A stretch of 63,786 nucleotides of DNA, counting the filler, from Asterionella formosa (Eukaryota), in NCBI GenBank assembly GCA_002256025.1. It is 6 parts of 6 records of this genome, joined end to end, with 100 filler letters (N's around TTAATTAATTAA, not from the genome) between each part and the next. Parts side by side here need not be neighbours in the genome. Positions count along the whole stretch, not along the records: positions 1 to 28,151 come from NKIB01001280.1; 5 more parts are not named here. One strand, given 5' to 3'. A program made the position numbers and the translations under genes. Below the pieces are notes generated by a model. That model had not been told where the DNA came from and did not search any database. It saw only the letters and a program-made list of their open reading frames with translations. Positions 10,742-22,862 of the stretch are shown in pieces. Each line of letters starts with the position of its first letter. The stretch's first letter is position 1.

Positions 10742-13489
10742 ATGGAATCCATTGTGGAGTCAAACCCAATCGCTGTTATAGAGCCAAGAGTACAAGCACC
10801 ACTTGCATCGCCACTGGATTCTGTTGCTACTGCTACTCGTACTCGTTCTCCTATCCCTCGTCCATCCACAAAGACAACAATCCCTCAACATTTACTCGAT
10901 GCTTCACCCTCATGGGAAAGTGTCTCGACCTTCTTTCTGGGAAAGGTTTCCGCTGGTACCAACACATCCACGTCCACTCAAAAGCTGGTTCAAGAAATTC
11001 TACAAGAACCACAAATGGATTTGCCAGATGCCAAATATACAATGCATCTGCTCTTGGCACTAATGCTAACAACAACATTGGCGTGCTTTTCTGCACTTGA
11101 TGCAAAGAACCAATGTATCAATTTGGACGGATATGATGTTGCCATGTACGACCAATTGTACGATGACGGCTGGTACGCCTACAACAGCAATACCTTTTGG
11201 GAAAGATTGCAGGAGAAACACAATTGTTTGCAAATGTTCCGATGGGTCATGATACCAGTCACTGTTTGTACATTGTCCTTTGGAGTTGTGGCACTGGTGC
11301 ATATTCGACTACATTATGTGGAGACAGATCAGACGGATGTTTTGGAAGTATATCGGGGCCATCTGCATCAATGTGTCAGACTATTCTTTATTGCATTACC
11401 AATTCTTGTGGGATGGTCCTATGGTATTATCGCTATCATGTTAAGTCCGAGAGATTCGACGGATGGGGAAAACCCATATCGATCACTGGCTGCAGTAGAT
11501 CACATGGGTCATATAGGCCAGAATGCAAATTTGTATTACTTGAGTTGGTTTTCGGTTGGATTAAGCATTGCTGTTGTCTATCAGATTGGCGTCGACACTC
11601 TTCGTCAACTCAGACGCTACCGTGCTGAACGACACGTAGGAGCGGTCAATGTGGGAGACGTGGAGGCCATGCTGTCGTCTCTCACTACAATACAATTGGA
11701 AACATTCCGAGAGTCACGAGCAACGTGGTACCAATCGTTGTACAGATTGAGAATTCGAACAGGAATTTGGACTGCCGCATTGTTGACTGCGTTGGTTGTC
11801 ATGACAAGCTCGGCACATATTTGGCGGGCTGTATTAATCCCGACTGCAGAAAGCACATATGCGGGGACTGTACGATTTAGGGACGTCTGTGGGGCCTTGC
11901 AGGGGGCGTCAGAAATTCCACCTGAATTGTGTGTACGGACAGCATTTTCGTTATTCAGTGGACTAGTAGCAGCCCTGTTGTGTATGAGTGCCATCTTAAT
12001 GCATGTTTCTGCTAGAAATGGTGCAGCTCAGGTGGTAGACAAGCAAATGAGTATGCGGTCGAACAATTCCAAATTTGGTGGGACACACATTCCTCTGAAG
12101 AGTGAGTTGATTCTAGCTGTGATTTTGTCGAACTTATTGGGATTGAATGCAGTCTTTGCAACAGGAGTTCAAGGTCCTGCGGCAACTGTCGGGAACTTGT
12201 ATTATGCGTCGTGGATTGGATTTTTGCTCTGTCTACGAATATGTCTTGGATGTCTGGAAGAAATGGCCAATCTGGAACATGAAGAAGATACACTAAACGG
12301 CAAAGGATTTGGCCATTATGTGTCCGCGGACGAAGAAGAAAAATCACGACAGAGTGAAACAAGTAGGGCCTCCGGCATTGTTCCAGAAAACTCAACTGAT
12401 TTATTGGAGAATGACCGAGCGCAACGCACAAGAATGTACATGTCCTTGACTATTTGCTCAACTGCATGCTCGGCATCAGCCTTGGATGCTGCTATAAACC
12501 AGTCTCATACAATCGTTATGACGCAGTCCTTTGTCATTTATGCACCTTCCGTTGTTGCCATGATATGTGCATGTCAGTTCCTTCTGTGTCTTCGAGCACG
12601 ATCCTATATAGTTCTATCACAGCTGTGGCTTGGGGGAGTCTTGAGTATTGTCACATTTTGCCTCTGCATGGCATCATTGGTGTTGACAATGCACTCTGAA
12701 TCATCATGGGCAGTCAATAAAATTGGAGATATTGAAATTGCCAACCTCTATTACTTTACTTGGGCTTCCATAATAATTGCTGCACTTCAAATGGCTTCCT
12801 ACTCAAATACGTATTTTGGAAAGAAGCAAAAGGACTATGTAACTGTCGTATGGGTGGCGATTTGCAAAGTTTGCTTTGTGCTCCTTGGCTCTGGGTATCA
12901 TGTTTGGCATACCATTTCTGAGACATGCACAGTGGATGATGTTCGATTGCATACAGTAACATTTTGTTCAAAAACTATCTTTGCGATTGCAGTTGCCGTA
13001 ATTAGCATGTGCATTGCTGGGCTTGTGGCTCTGACACGAATTTTGATCACTATGTTCTGGCCAACCTTCTCTATCAATGTACGTGCTCACGTGGAAATGC
13101 TGGTATCCTTTTTACTGGTCTTGCTTTTTGGCATGGCTGTAGTATTGATTACTGGAATTGGTGGGCCTGGTCAAAGTGTGGGTGACATGTATTATTCAAC
13201 CTGGTTGTGCTTCTTTGTAACGATTGGGCTTGCCGTGGCATGCTTGGATCAGATTCGACATGTACGTGACAATGATGCTGTTGAACCCTCTAAGCAGGTC
13301 GAAGTAACCGAAATGAAGTCTATGTATACACCCCCTGAAGGCATCCATCTCCCTTCATCACGGTCTGGTCGTCCACCAATATCTCCAATCTCGAGGGATC
13401 ACGGCATACACATGATTGGTAGGCCACCAATGGCACCAGCACATGAGGATAACAACTTTGGAAGCGTTCACAACAGACAAATGACCTAA
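10742..13489 (+). CDS. Multipass membrane protein of unknown function with four internal N/D-L/M-YYxxW repeats
   Basis: 915-aa intronless ORF with many hydrophobic helices; repeats NANLYYLSW, VGNLYYASW, IANLYYFTW and VGDMYYSTW. Confidence 0.8.
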   Translation: MESIVESNPIAVIEPRVQAPLASPLDSVATATRTRSPIPRPSTKTTIPQHLLDASPSWESVSTFFLGKVSAGTNTSTSTQKLVQEILQEPQMDLPDAKYTMHLLLALMLTTTLACFSALDAKNQCINLDGYDVAMYDQLYDDGWYAYNSNTFWERLQEKHNCLQMFRWVMIPVTVCTLSFGVVALVHIRLHYVETDQTDVLEVYRGHLHQCVRLFFIALPILVGWSYGIIAIMLSPRDSTDGENPYRSLAAVDHMGHIGQNANLYYLSWFSVGLSIAVVYQIGVDTLRQLRRYRAERHVGAVNVGDVEAMLSSLTTIQLETFRESRATWYQSLYRLRIRTGIWTAALLTALVVMTSSAHIWRAVLIPTAESTYAGTVRFRDVCGALQGASEIPPELCVRTAFSLFSGLVAALLCMSAILMHVSARNGAAQVVDKQMSMRSNNSKFGGTHIPLKSELILAVILSNLLGLNAVFATGVQGPAATVGNLYYASWIGFLLCLRICLGCLEEMANLEHEEDTLNGKGFGHYVSADEEEKSRQSETSRASGIVPENSTDLLENDRAQRTRMYMSLTICSTACSASALDAAINQSHTIVMTQSFVIYAPSVVAMICACQFLLCLRARSYIVLSQLWLGGVLSIVTFCLCMASLVLTMHSESSWAVNKIGDIEIANLYYFTWASIIIAALQMASYSNTYFGKKQKDYVTVVWVAICKVCFVLLGSGYHVWHTISETCTVDDVRLHTVTFCSKTIFAIAVAVISMCIAGLVALTRILITMFWPTFSINVRAHVEMLVSFLLVLLFGMAVVLITGIGGPGQSVGDMYYSTWLCFFVTIGLAVACLDQIRHVRDNDAVEPSKQVEVTEMKSMYTPPEGIHLPSSRSGRPPISPISRDHGIHMIGRPPMAPAHEDNNFGSVHNRQMT

Positions 13490-14026
13490 GGTAAATTGCA
13501 ACAATCAGTTTACACAACCCAGAATTTCCAAAGGTGACTTTACCTTAACAATGCTTGGTAATCCAAGTAGTTCATCAATTGAGCTGTGCGTGTCATGGCT
13601 CGAAAACAAAATGGAAATATTCTGATACGTATGGAGCAATATGAATGGTCCTCCTTTCATCGGAAGGGTCAAGGCCAAATGAAGGTGATCTCAACCATGA
13701 TGTTTGACTGGCTGCGTGGTTTCTAAATGAATGCATAATTGTTGGTGTTACGAATATCATTACGCATGACGAGGATGCATAGGGGTCAGGAAAAATTGAT
13801 CGAAAATGGCTGCCAATGTATTGATCAACATATTTGTTGCCCGAGTTCATGTTAATTTCCTCCTTCTACAGCCAACTCAATATGATGATCAAGGTCAGAT
13901 ACTAACCCAATCGGAGAACCTATTGCTTGGCAGCATAGGGTTTTCCAATTCCTGAAGTCACGATCAGATTCGGTATTTCAACCTAGTGGAACGGTTCAAC
14001 TGCGGCATATACATAAATCATCCAAA

Positions 14027-15660
14027 CTATAACCCATAGAGCTTCTTGAAGTCAACCCCTTGTGGTGGAGGATTCATAGGGATATAGTTACCCGAGCTTG
14101 CACAGTTTCCCAAAAAGTAAGCAGGTTCAAATTTTCCGTCCCTTCGAGAAGGTCGCAACTGAGTTTCCAATGCCAGCATGTCTTCGAAATCTTGGCGTAA
14201 TTCAAACCATTTGCTGAATAAAATACCGCAGGTTGTTATATTTGTCAAGTGATTTAATCGATACTGGTCATTCACGATTTTAGTTTGGCGCGGGTGAGGA
14301 ATTGTACATTCCCATGGCTTTTTGCAGGCTGTATAATGAGCAGAATTGACTTGATCTATTGGTGTCACTCGACAATCTTCGCAGTTGGTGTTTGTTTCAA
14401 ATTCCCCATCCAGGGGGTACTCACGGCATTGCATATGATGTTCCATGGCAAGTGGACCTCTCCAAATCACATCGGCAACGACTTGATTCCATTTGCAGAT
14501 ATTCAATTCGACAGCTGTATTCGGTCTTAATTGATCATAAAAGTACGCGACCACCCCTTGATATGCCATGGCCCCTTGAAATCCACCATATCCCAACCCC
14601 GCCCATCCACATGTATCACATCTACCTTTCGTATAGTTGCCTTCCTTGATGAATGCTAGATACGCGTTCCAATCCACATCACTAGGCCGGTGTACTAAAA
14701 ATCCACCTTGTACAGCTTGCACTTTTTCCCATGGTCGAGAGGAAGTAATGTCACGTGTGAAGAAGGCATCAATCACATTGGGTAAGGCACGTGATGGATG
14801 TTGTACCTGAAGGCGACTTCGAGCTGTCTTGCCTTGTGGCGAATCCTTGTCATAAATCATGGCATCGAATAAATCATCCATGGGTTTGAATATAGCAACA
14901 TCCATATCCCAATGCACAACAATGGGGTGCTGTTGCAATGTATAGGAGTACAATTTGATAAATTCCTGTCAAGTGAATAAAGTAATAATCATAACATCAA
15001 GTTCCTGTTTTGTTAAGTTTTACAGTTTTTCTGGATAATCACAAAAAGATTCGGTTCTTTCTCTGAGACCTTGGCGCATGCACTTACCTTGCTTCCACAA
15101 CAATTCTCGTTTTCGACATGGTTTCTGTACCAGTCTCCTTCTATCTCGTCGAGTTGTATTGGGGTATCCCTTAGTAATGTAATGTATCCCAATTGTTCCA
15201 GCAAGACTGCATTTTCTGCGCATTGTTCCTTATGAACAATGGCATACATTTGGTAACTATATTTGGATGTATTAGTTGTTGTTGAATGGATTGATTGCTT
15301 GTGAATCGAGTGTCGAAGTACTGCAGCTGCGTCGAGAAAGCCTGTGACACTACTTGATTTTTTACATTTGATGAGAGACACGACATGTGCAATAACTATC
15401 GGTGCTAAGGAAGACTGCTGTTGGTTCGGTGGGACGAATGTGCGAGGAACAACTGTTGCCCCAGAAAGCTCTGAATGCTCAAGTGGCGTTGTCAGAAATG
15501 GTGAATTCTCAATAGATGGAACTGGCTTGTTGTGTATTCCATAATACATCCATGTGCCAACGAAAACGGCATTCATCAAGACACATAGGAGCAAACAAGC
15601 TGGTAGAAACAGTAACACTTTGATGAATCGGCGTTTGGGAAGGAGGGTAGTGACCGCCAT
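14027..15660 (-). CDS. Glycosyltransferase family 8-like (glycogenin-like DxD) type II membrane protein; exons 15660-15088 and 14965-14027
   Basis: Phase-0 intron GTAAGT...GACAG joins CCGSK|EFIKLYSYTL. Motifs DAAAVLRHSI, VVHWDMD, QGGFLV and AHYTACKKPWEC; N-terminal TM. Confidence 0.85.
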
Positions 15661-16127
15661 GGTCTGATACGGGAAACGTCGACTTGGTCTTAAAAAAAGA
15701 TTGCGGCAAACCCGTGGTAGTCTATAATTATCATGTATTCAGCTATGAATATATTAATTTGCTAGTAATTTACTGTCAAAAGGTGGCAGAACATGCTTTG
15801 GTTGGAGACACGAAGATTATTATGGATTTGATTTTATGATATTATCCCAAGGTCGAATCGTGCAGGGCAATGCCAATCAGCTCAGACTGTGATGAAATTG
15901 TTTTTGACAACTTGAATAAAAATGTCCCATTCAAGGATGCCTTCCGGGATCCAGGTGGAGTCAATTTTTTGATCTTGGGGTGATTTCACACAACTTAACC
16001 ATCTTCCAAAGAAGTCACAACTTCCTTGACTCCTAGCAGTGGTAGATAGCTAATAGGCAGATGGCTTCCAGCCAAGGTTCTGCAGAGCCTATGACCAGGA
16101 CATGGCTACCAAGGATCTTAATCATAG

Positions 16128-16300
16128 TGAGCGCCTTATTACACGATTACCTGCATGGTCGGCATCAACAAAACAATGTGTTGACACCACCACATTTCCA
16201 CAGGCTACTGACGTGTCCTATGGAATTGGCTCTTTTGCCCTGCTGTGATAGAAATCATGCCAATCACACTTCACGAATCTCGATTCATCAATATCAGGGT
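16128..16300 (-). pseudogene. Ty1/Copia (CoDi-type) RT-RNase H fragment
   Basis: Minus frame reads PDIDESRFVKCDWHDFYHSRAKEPIP*DTSVACGNVVVSTHCFVDADHAGNRVIRRS, a typical Copia RNase H start with one in-frame stop. Confidence 0.8.
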
Positions 16301-16309
16301 GCTTTTGAT

Positions 16310-16860
16310 TAACAATTTCTTTCCCTTATGGCCAGCACCTTTCTTCAGCTCAAGCATAATGTTGTTCATCTCTTCATGCTCCAATTAGTTGATTCTGCAT
16401 TTCATCCTACATACATATTTGTTTATCTCTGTCATTGCATGATTTTCACTAATCCATTCAAATAATACAAAGAAGGATGAAGCTCTTCTGGCAATGGATG
16501 CTGCATATGGAGCAGAATTTTCACCTGTCCCAATGTTTTTTGATGCCAAGATTACTTGGCAGTCCATCATGTATGCTCGCACCATGATGATTGTACAAAA
16601 GTATCAAGCGTTTTTGCCGCTCATCTTGACTGTGAGGGCAGCAAGCAAGCTTGTTGCAGAATCAACTGCGTGAAGTGGTCCGCATATTTTCGTGATGCAA
16701 CCACGGCGATGGGCTCATTCTTGAGCAAGTCTTGATCTGTATAAATAACATCTGTTTCGACTGCACTATTCCCTTTCTTGGCCTTTTCAGCTTGTTTGTT
16801 GTGTCCTTGTTTAGAAAGAGTAATATTATAGCCATGATGGCTGCATTGTCAGTTGTCCTT
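16310..16860 (-). pseudogene. Possible degraded hAT-like transposase N-terminal remnant
   Basis: ARRASSFFVLFEWISENHAMTEINKYVCR...LKKVLAIREEI resembles the post-BED region of stramenopile hAT-like transposases; broken by stops. Confidence 0.35.
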
Positions 16861-17003
16861 TATTGAAGGTAAGTTGTTGCTTCTTTTTCTGGTACTGTTA
16901 TATCCTACTTCATATACATGTTCTTGAGAGTTTTAATCAATCGTTTTGTGTATAATGTATAGATATACATACATGTAGTGCATTTAGAATTAGAAGGGAA
17001 TCC

Positions 17004-17170
17004 TGGCTTATGGCAGTTGATGTTGGAGCACGTTGCCTTTGATCTGAAGTTTTGTGCTTCGATTCCTGCAATTTTTTTGAGTAGCGCACCTTTTGTGAGA
17101 GGTGGTAGGGGAATCACCTAGTATACTGACAAAACTAGGGAACAAGCACAGATCTTGTCAGTAGGCAGCA
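17004..17170 (+). mobile_element. Candidate tRNA-derived SINE, copy 2 (shorter middle)
   Basis: GCACGTTGCCTTTGATCTGAAGTT matches the copy-1 head and is followed by B-box-like GCTTCGATTCC. 3' block GGGGAATCACCT...TAGGGAA..GCACA..CTTGTCAGTAGGC aligns with the reverse complement of 4700-4758. Confidence 0.5.
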
Positions 17171-18049
17171 CAATGAAAGACTTGCATTGAAAAAGAGGAG
17201 TGCAAATGGGCTATAACGCACACAGATTATCATTTATATTTAGAATTGGCAACTACTCCAGGCAGGGTGCTTTGGGAAGGTCACACTACAAGTGCCATCT
17301 CAGCCAAGTACGCAGGTTTGAAGAAAAATGGGTACTCATGCATCCTCTGAATTTTGCTCGAGATGATCATGGGCAAACGTGAAAATCGGAAAAGCACAAA
17401 AAAGGTTTTTTCAAATGTAGTTGTCAATTTTTTTATGCATAGATCTGTAGCTTAGGGCAATCCGCACCATAGGTCAATCAAGCCAGAGAAAATTGTAGGA
17501 GTCAAGAAGATGGCCCTGGAAGAAATTGAAATATTGATGCAAACAAAACTTGACAGAGGGGGAAGGAATACCAGGAGCACCAGCCAAAATCCATTGTATT
17601 CTATATATATATATATATATATATATGCAAATAAAGTAGCAACAATGGAAACATACAGGTCTTCAATACAGGTCTTCAGCCAAGTTTATTAGCATGAATT
17701 TGCCTGTACAGATTTGTCGTAAAATATGGTCCTAAAATTAGCCGCGCTACTTCCTAGCGCGGTCCAGTGCCTGGAATGACGGGCCAAAATCCTTCTAATG
17801 CCACTCGTTTGCATATGATTCTACAAATATGGCTGATGCGCACATACAAAAAGAAGCTAGATAAGTAGGTAGCCACCGATAGGCGCCCACCAACCAGTAC
17901 AACATAATTATAGCTTACGGAAAATTTTGTACAACTAAAAAAGATCCATAATATGAATAAATTTTTGTTTTTAATATAGCATTTAAATAATTGTACCATC
18001 CATGAATCTTGTTGTTCTTGTTGTAGTCGATTTTATTTATAATGAACTT

Positions 18050-19250
18050 GAATTCAAAGTTCATTGCACAGCGGTGTGAAATCATGCATTGTAGTACTAG
18101 CGTCGTTGCAACTGCTATAGGACCGTATTTGAGGCAGTCCTGTACAGTTACAGATCCAGCCAGATAGCCCACTTTCAAGCTCAAGAGATTTCCCACGTGA
18201 ATATGTTGGCGAGCATATCATGTATGGTGGTTCTCCAACTCGGGCAATGGACACCCAACGGAGGGGTTACCATTTAAAGTCAATCTTGCGAAAGTTAGAA
18301 ATCACCTCTGAAACGACATCGTCGTCACCATTTGTGAAAAGAGGCAATAGAAAATTTCTAAGTAATAAAAAAATGAAATGTTATATTGGCCTTTGCTTAT
18401 GCTCAGCTCGTGTTCATATGCATTTCATTAGAAACACACCTTCATTCACCATGGAGAACAACGACAACTGTGTTTCTTATACCGGTCCGTTCAGAGGCGT
18501 TCTGGCTAAAAGCTATTGCTCCGTGGTTCCTCGATGATTCGCTATTGCTCATGGCTTTCATACTTGCCATGAATGTGATTTATTCAGGGAACAATATCAA
18601 CATTTCAGAGTAGGCAAAAATAAATTCACGATGAATCAGGATAATGAATAAGGTGAAGTGCTCGAAATCTCTTGACAGAAAGGAAAAGCTCAATTGCGGA
18701 GTAGGTAAGTCGTCCAATCATGAAATCATCGTCAGCAGCACCAGTATTGTTGTTACAGTTGCTTGCAATTTCCACTAATGTCCTGTCTTCTTTCTGAAAC
18801 TCAAAAAGATATGCACAGATAATGATTCCATTTGGAAAGAAGGTATGGGAAGTGACTTGATTGGCGTGGAACAAGAAAAAAATCTCAGCAATGGACTGTT
18901 GTTCGATTTTGGTGATTCGTGAACCAGCAGTACGTTCAGGTACTAGTAGAACGATGTGGGGGTGGAGTGGAACAAGGGCTTGTTCCGGTGCAGCAGTGGG
19001 GTAGATTTGGAAGAGAATAGGTCTGTCCCATTCAGTGTTGACATGCAACAATCGACCGACGTTCCCATTTTTTAGAAGAACAAACTCTCCTCCATGAAGT
19101 GCGGTAGTAGTAGTCGATAAAGCTTCTATAAATATAGAGTTCCTACTGTTGACTAGCGCAATAGCTGCTTCTTGACTAGCAACAAACAAATCTTCATTAG
19201 CTATTGTTCTGGATTAGATTTCTCGAGGTAAACAAACAGAATGCCATTTA
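18050..19250 (-). pseudogene. Degraded unknown ORF, probably transposon-associated
   Basis: 187-aa frame (18626-19189) continues through stops and frameshifts to about 18050; no domain recognised with confidence. Confidence 0.3.
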
Positions 19251-20130
19251 CATGCCATTGTAGCGAGCCTGAGGTTCAGACATCAAAAACATGGGCCTGG
19301 AAGCCTGCTAAATTTGTCGACCACGCACATCTAAACAAAAAAGCTACATAACGTTCCCGTAGGCAACATATGGGAGCTAAGAACCTACGGGGTACCTATC
19401 ACGACAAGTACTCCATGTGGACGATCAAAGCAATATATATTTTTAGCACACATTAGAGACGTAGGACAGCATAATATATAATGTTACATTCTGATTAAAA
19501 TATACGCCTATTTTAATGTCTGATTGTCAACTCCGAGTGCTGCTACGCACGATGAGGTTTGATTCTGCCTTCCGATGAGGATGTAACAAGTGAATACCGG
19601 TATTCTGACCAGGTTCTTTATTGTTCTTAGTACCTTTTGTACCGGAACACAGGGAGCACAGGATACTTTACCTGGTGCAGTGTGTGGTATGGTATAATAC
19701 CATTTCATCATTTTTTGTCGCAGACTTCTTACATTTTTATTTTCATCCATAAATGTAATCAGCAGAGCGAGATTCGATGATGATTCGCGGTGTAGCTAAT
19801 ATTATATCTAGAGCAACTACGCTATTTATATCATGATATTACCGGTGTATGATAATTACAACAGTTTAAAAAAGGAAAGCAAGCTGCGCTTCCTATGTAC
19901 CAGGTTACCTGTACAAACCACCTCCTGACCTAAATATTTGTATTTGTGGCTTCTACAGAAAGGCAGATTCGTGAGAGATTCAAAGCCCGCCTCACTCCCT
20001 TCTTCTAAAGGGAAAGATGCAAGGTGTCTTATATGATGAATCTACCGGTATCCTTTTTCGGAGTTTAGATACATATCATAAATTGTTGAGATCACAAATT
20101 GGTCGTTGGCACTTTATTGCAAAAACAACG

Positions 20131-22549
20131 ATGCAACTTCTTGTTTTAGCCTTTCTGCCGCTTGCGGTCCTTGCACACAATGGCTTGCCTCCCAAAGAGT
20201 TCTTTGATGCGACAAGTGCAGAGGAATTCTTCAAGTTTGCTCAGTCAGCTGAGGACACCAATGGGCCAGATGAGCGCCACTTGATTGCCGATAGCACTCC
20301 ATTGTTGGCCGCTTCTTTCGGAGGAACGGCTGGTTTTTACCACGGTGTTGCCTCTGGCGACCCCCTCCCGGACGCTGTTATTGTTTGGACTCGGTACACG
20401 CCCGTTCAAGCCACTGACAAGATTGATATTGAGCTTCGTATGGCCAAGGTTGGAACCTCGAATAATCCTGCCAAGTACTTGGATCCGGCAATGAACCCTG
20501 CACTCAAGCGTGCTCGCATCACTGTTACTGCCGCCAATGACTGGATTGCAAAGATTGATGTGACTGGGCTGGAACCATTGACCAACTACGTCTTTGCCTT
20601 CACTGACGGCGTAACCACTTCATTGGTTGGGCAGGCCAAGACGGCCCCTAAAGCAAATGGACTCGTTGCTTCTCTCACTTATGCCGTCTTCTCTTGTTCT
20701 CATTTTGCCAATGGATATTTCCATGCTTACGACATTGGGTCGACGATTCAAGATCTTGACTTCTGGATTCACCTTGGCGACTACTATGTAAGTAAACAAA
20801 CCATGTAAATTCGCCCATGTAATTGGCTTTGGCCAGGTGCACATGGGTCTCTAACAACACTTTGCATTCCTTTTTAAAACCCAGTACGAGTATGGAAAGT
20901 ATTCCAGTTACGCTTCCAACTCGCCAGAGAGAAAGGTCATGATCATGCCAGACCACGAACCGATCACTGTTCAAGACTACCGTCTCCGCCACGCGTCGTA
21001 CTTGCTAGATGAAGGTCTTGTCAATCTTCGTCGTCGTGCACCCATGATTGCTGTCTGGGACGATCATGAGACTACCAACAACTCTTATGGTCAGGGAGCT
21101 GAGAATAATACGGGTGCAGAGAATCACCAGCAATTCTGCACGGCCAACCCTTCATCGACTAACCAAGAGAAGGAAAAAGCCGGATGCGACCGAGACGAAG
21201 GCTTGGCGTCTGTGCGATTCACAGCTGCCGCGCAGGCATACATGGAATGGATGCCTATCCGCAAAGGTCCTGGCACGATGGGAGTTATCACCACCACTTC
21301 CATTACTCAGATCATTGAATGGGGCAACTTGGCTACAGTTGTTGCTGTTGATTCCCGTATCTCGTACCGTTCTGGGGAGCCTGCTTTGAGAAGCAGTTGT
21401 AAGTTGTTGATGCTTTGAAGTCGAATTGCTTCGTTGTGAAAATGAATCGCTGACTTTTGTGTCTTCGTCTTATTAGTCTTTGGTCCTTTTGCACCAATCT
21501 CATATCCAAACACCAATATTTCTTCCTACACTGATCCCTCATCATCGGTTTTCGCCGCCTTCAAAAATGTGACAGCCGGCGTCAACAAAATCATCAACGA
21601 TCCCAAGTACACCATGATTGGAAAGTACCTTGGCCTTCTCAAGAATACTTTTCAGGCTTCCAAGAAGGCTGGCAAGCCTTGGCAAATTTGGGCCCAGCAA
21701 ACCATGCTTGGCCCGAACAAGGGACTCAACCTTGCTCGATGCTCAGAAGTCATTGCGACTCCTGAAATTGCTGCTGCAGTTCAGGGGTTCTGTTCTGCTG
21801 TTCTTACAGCATCATCTGGTGGCTTCTTTCGTTCGTTGGCTGCCATGGATTTCTTTGATGTTGCCTGGAACTCAGACGATTTCAATGGATATGGATTCGA
21901 ACGCTCTCTCATTTTGGACATGGTCCAGAAAAATGCCAACAACGCCATCATTCTAGGCGGAGATCTACACGACTCGTGGGCCTGGCAGCTTTACGATAAA
22001 GGTGCCATGTCAGGAAAACCCGTCGCTGTCAACTTGGGCGGTCCTGGTGTCACTTCTCCTGGTTGGGGTCCATTGCTCGGTCCCCTCTTTAATTCAAACA
22101 CTGCTGTAAAGACTGCTCTTGGAGGCTCCGATGGAGTTTACAAATTCCTTAATGACATGTTGGAACTGCAGAATGAAGGACTTGTTTTCGCAGACATTGA
22201 GAAAAAGGGCTTCTTCGCTGTGAAAGCCACCAAGACTACCCATACCGCGGAATATTTCCTCGTCAGCCAAACCACAACTGTCACCAACTTCCAAACTGCC
22301 CGTACCGCCAGCGGTAAAATTACTGCCGCATTTACTTGTGACGCCAGTCTTTTGACAAACGCTGCAAACCCAGGTGAATTGACACAGCAAAGTGGGTGCT
22401 CTGCCATTCAATTTCAAAACACTCGTCCCGTTGTTTGGACCAATGTGCCAGTTCCTATTTCTCCCGTGGTGGCACGTCCCGCGTTGAAGAATTGTGGAAT
22501 GGATGGTTGCAAATCAAAGCTTTCTACCAAGTCTCGTGAACGTGAGTAA
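20131..22549 (+). CDS. phoD: Secreted PhoD-family alkaline phosphatase; exons 20131-20787, 20885-21398, 21477-22549
   Basis: Signal peptide MQLLVLAFLPLAVLA; motifs FYHGVASGDP, VWTR, FSCSHF..GYF, HLGDYYYEYG (across intron 1), WDDHE, DSR and LGGDLHDSW. Both GTAAGT...AG introns restore the frame. Confidence 0.92.
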
Positions 22550-22862
22550 GTGTTGTCCCAAGGACAAACACCTTTTGAAAAAAATACTCAAACAGAAGAA
22601 TGGTAAGGGTTTGGGGACAATATTTTGAGTTGGTTGTTTCAAGTGTCCATCCCACTGTGATGTTGTCATTTCTTCAAGGAAATAGGATTAATAAATAAAT
22701 CAATTCGAACATGTCATATTTTGGGTGTGTAGCAGCTGGTCGATTCTATCACTTTTTTGCGGTGGAGATACACAATAGTAATGTTCGACTATCTGACTTA
22801 CCCATGTCATTTGGATGAGGTCGTCATCAATCGAGACCCTGATATAAATTTCTGTACCTTCA

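Noticed and set aside
17004..17075. Bona fide tRNA gene
   Set aside because: The stems do not pair into a cloverleaf; treated as a SINE-like head instead.
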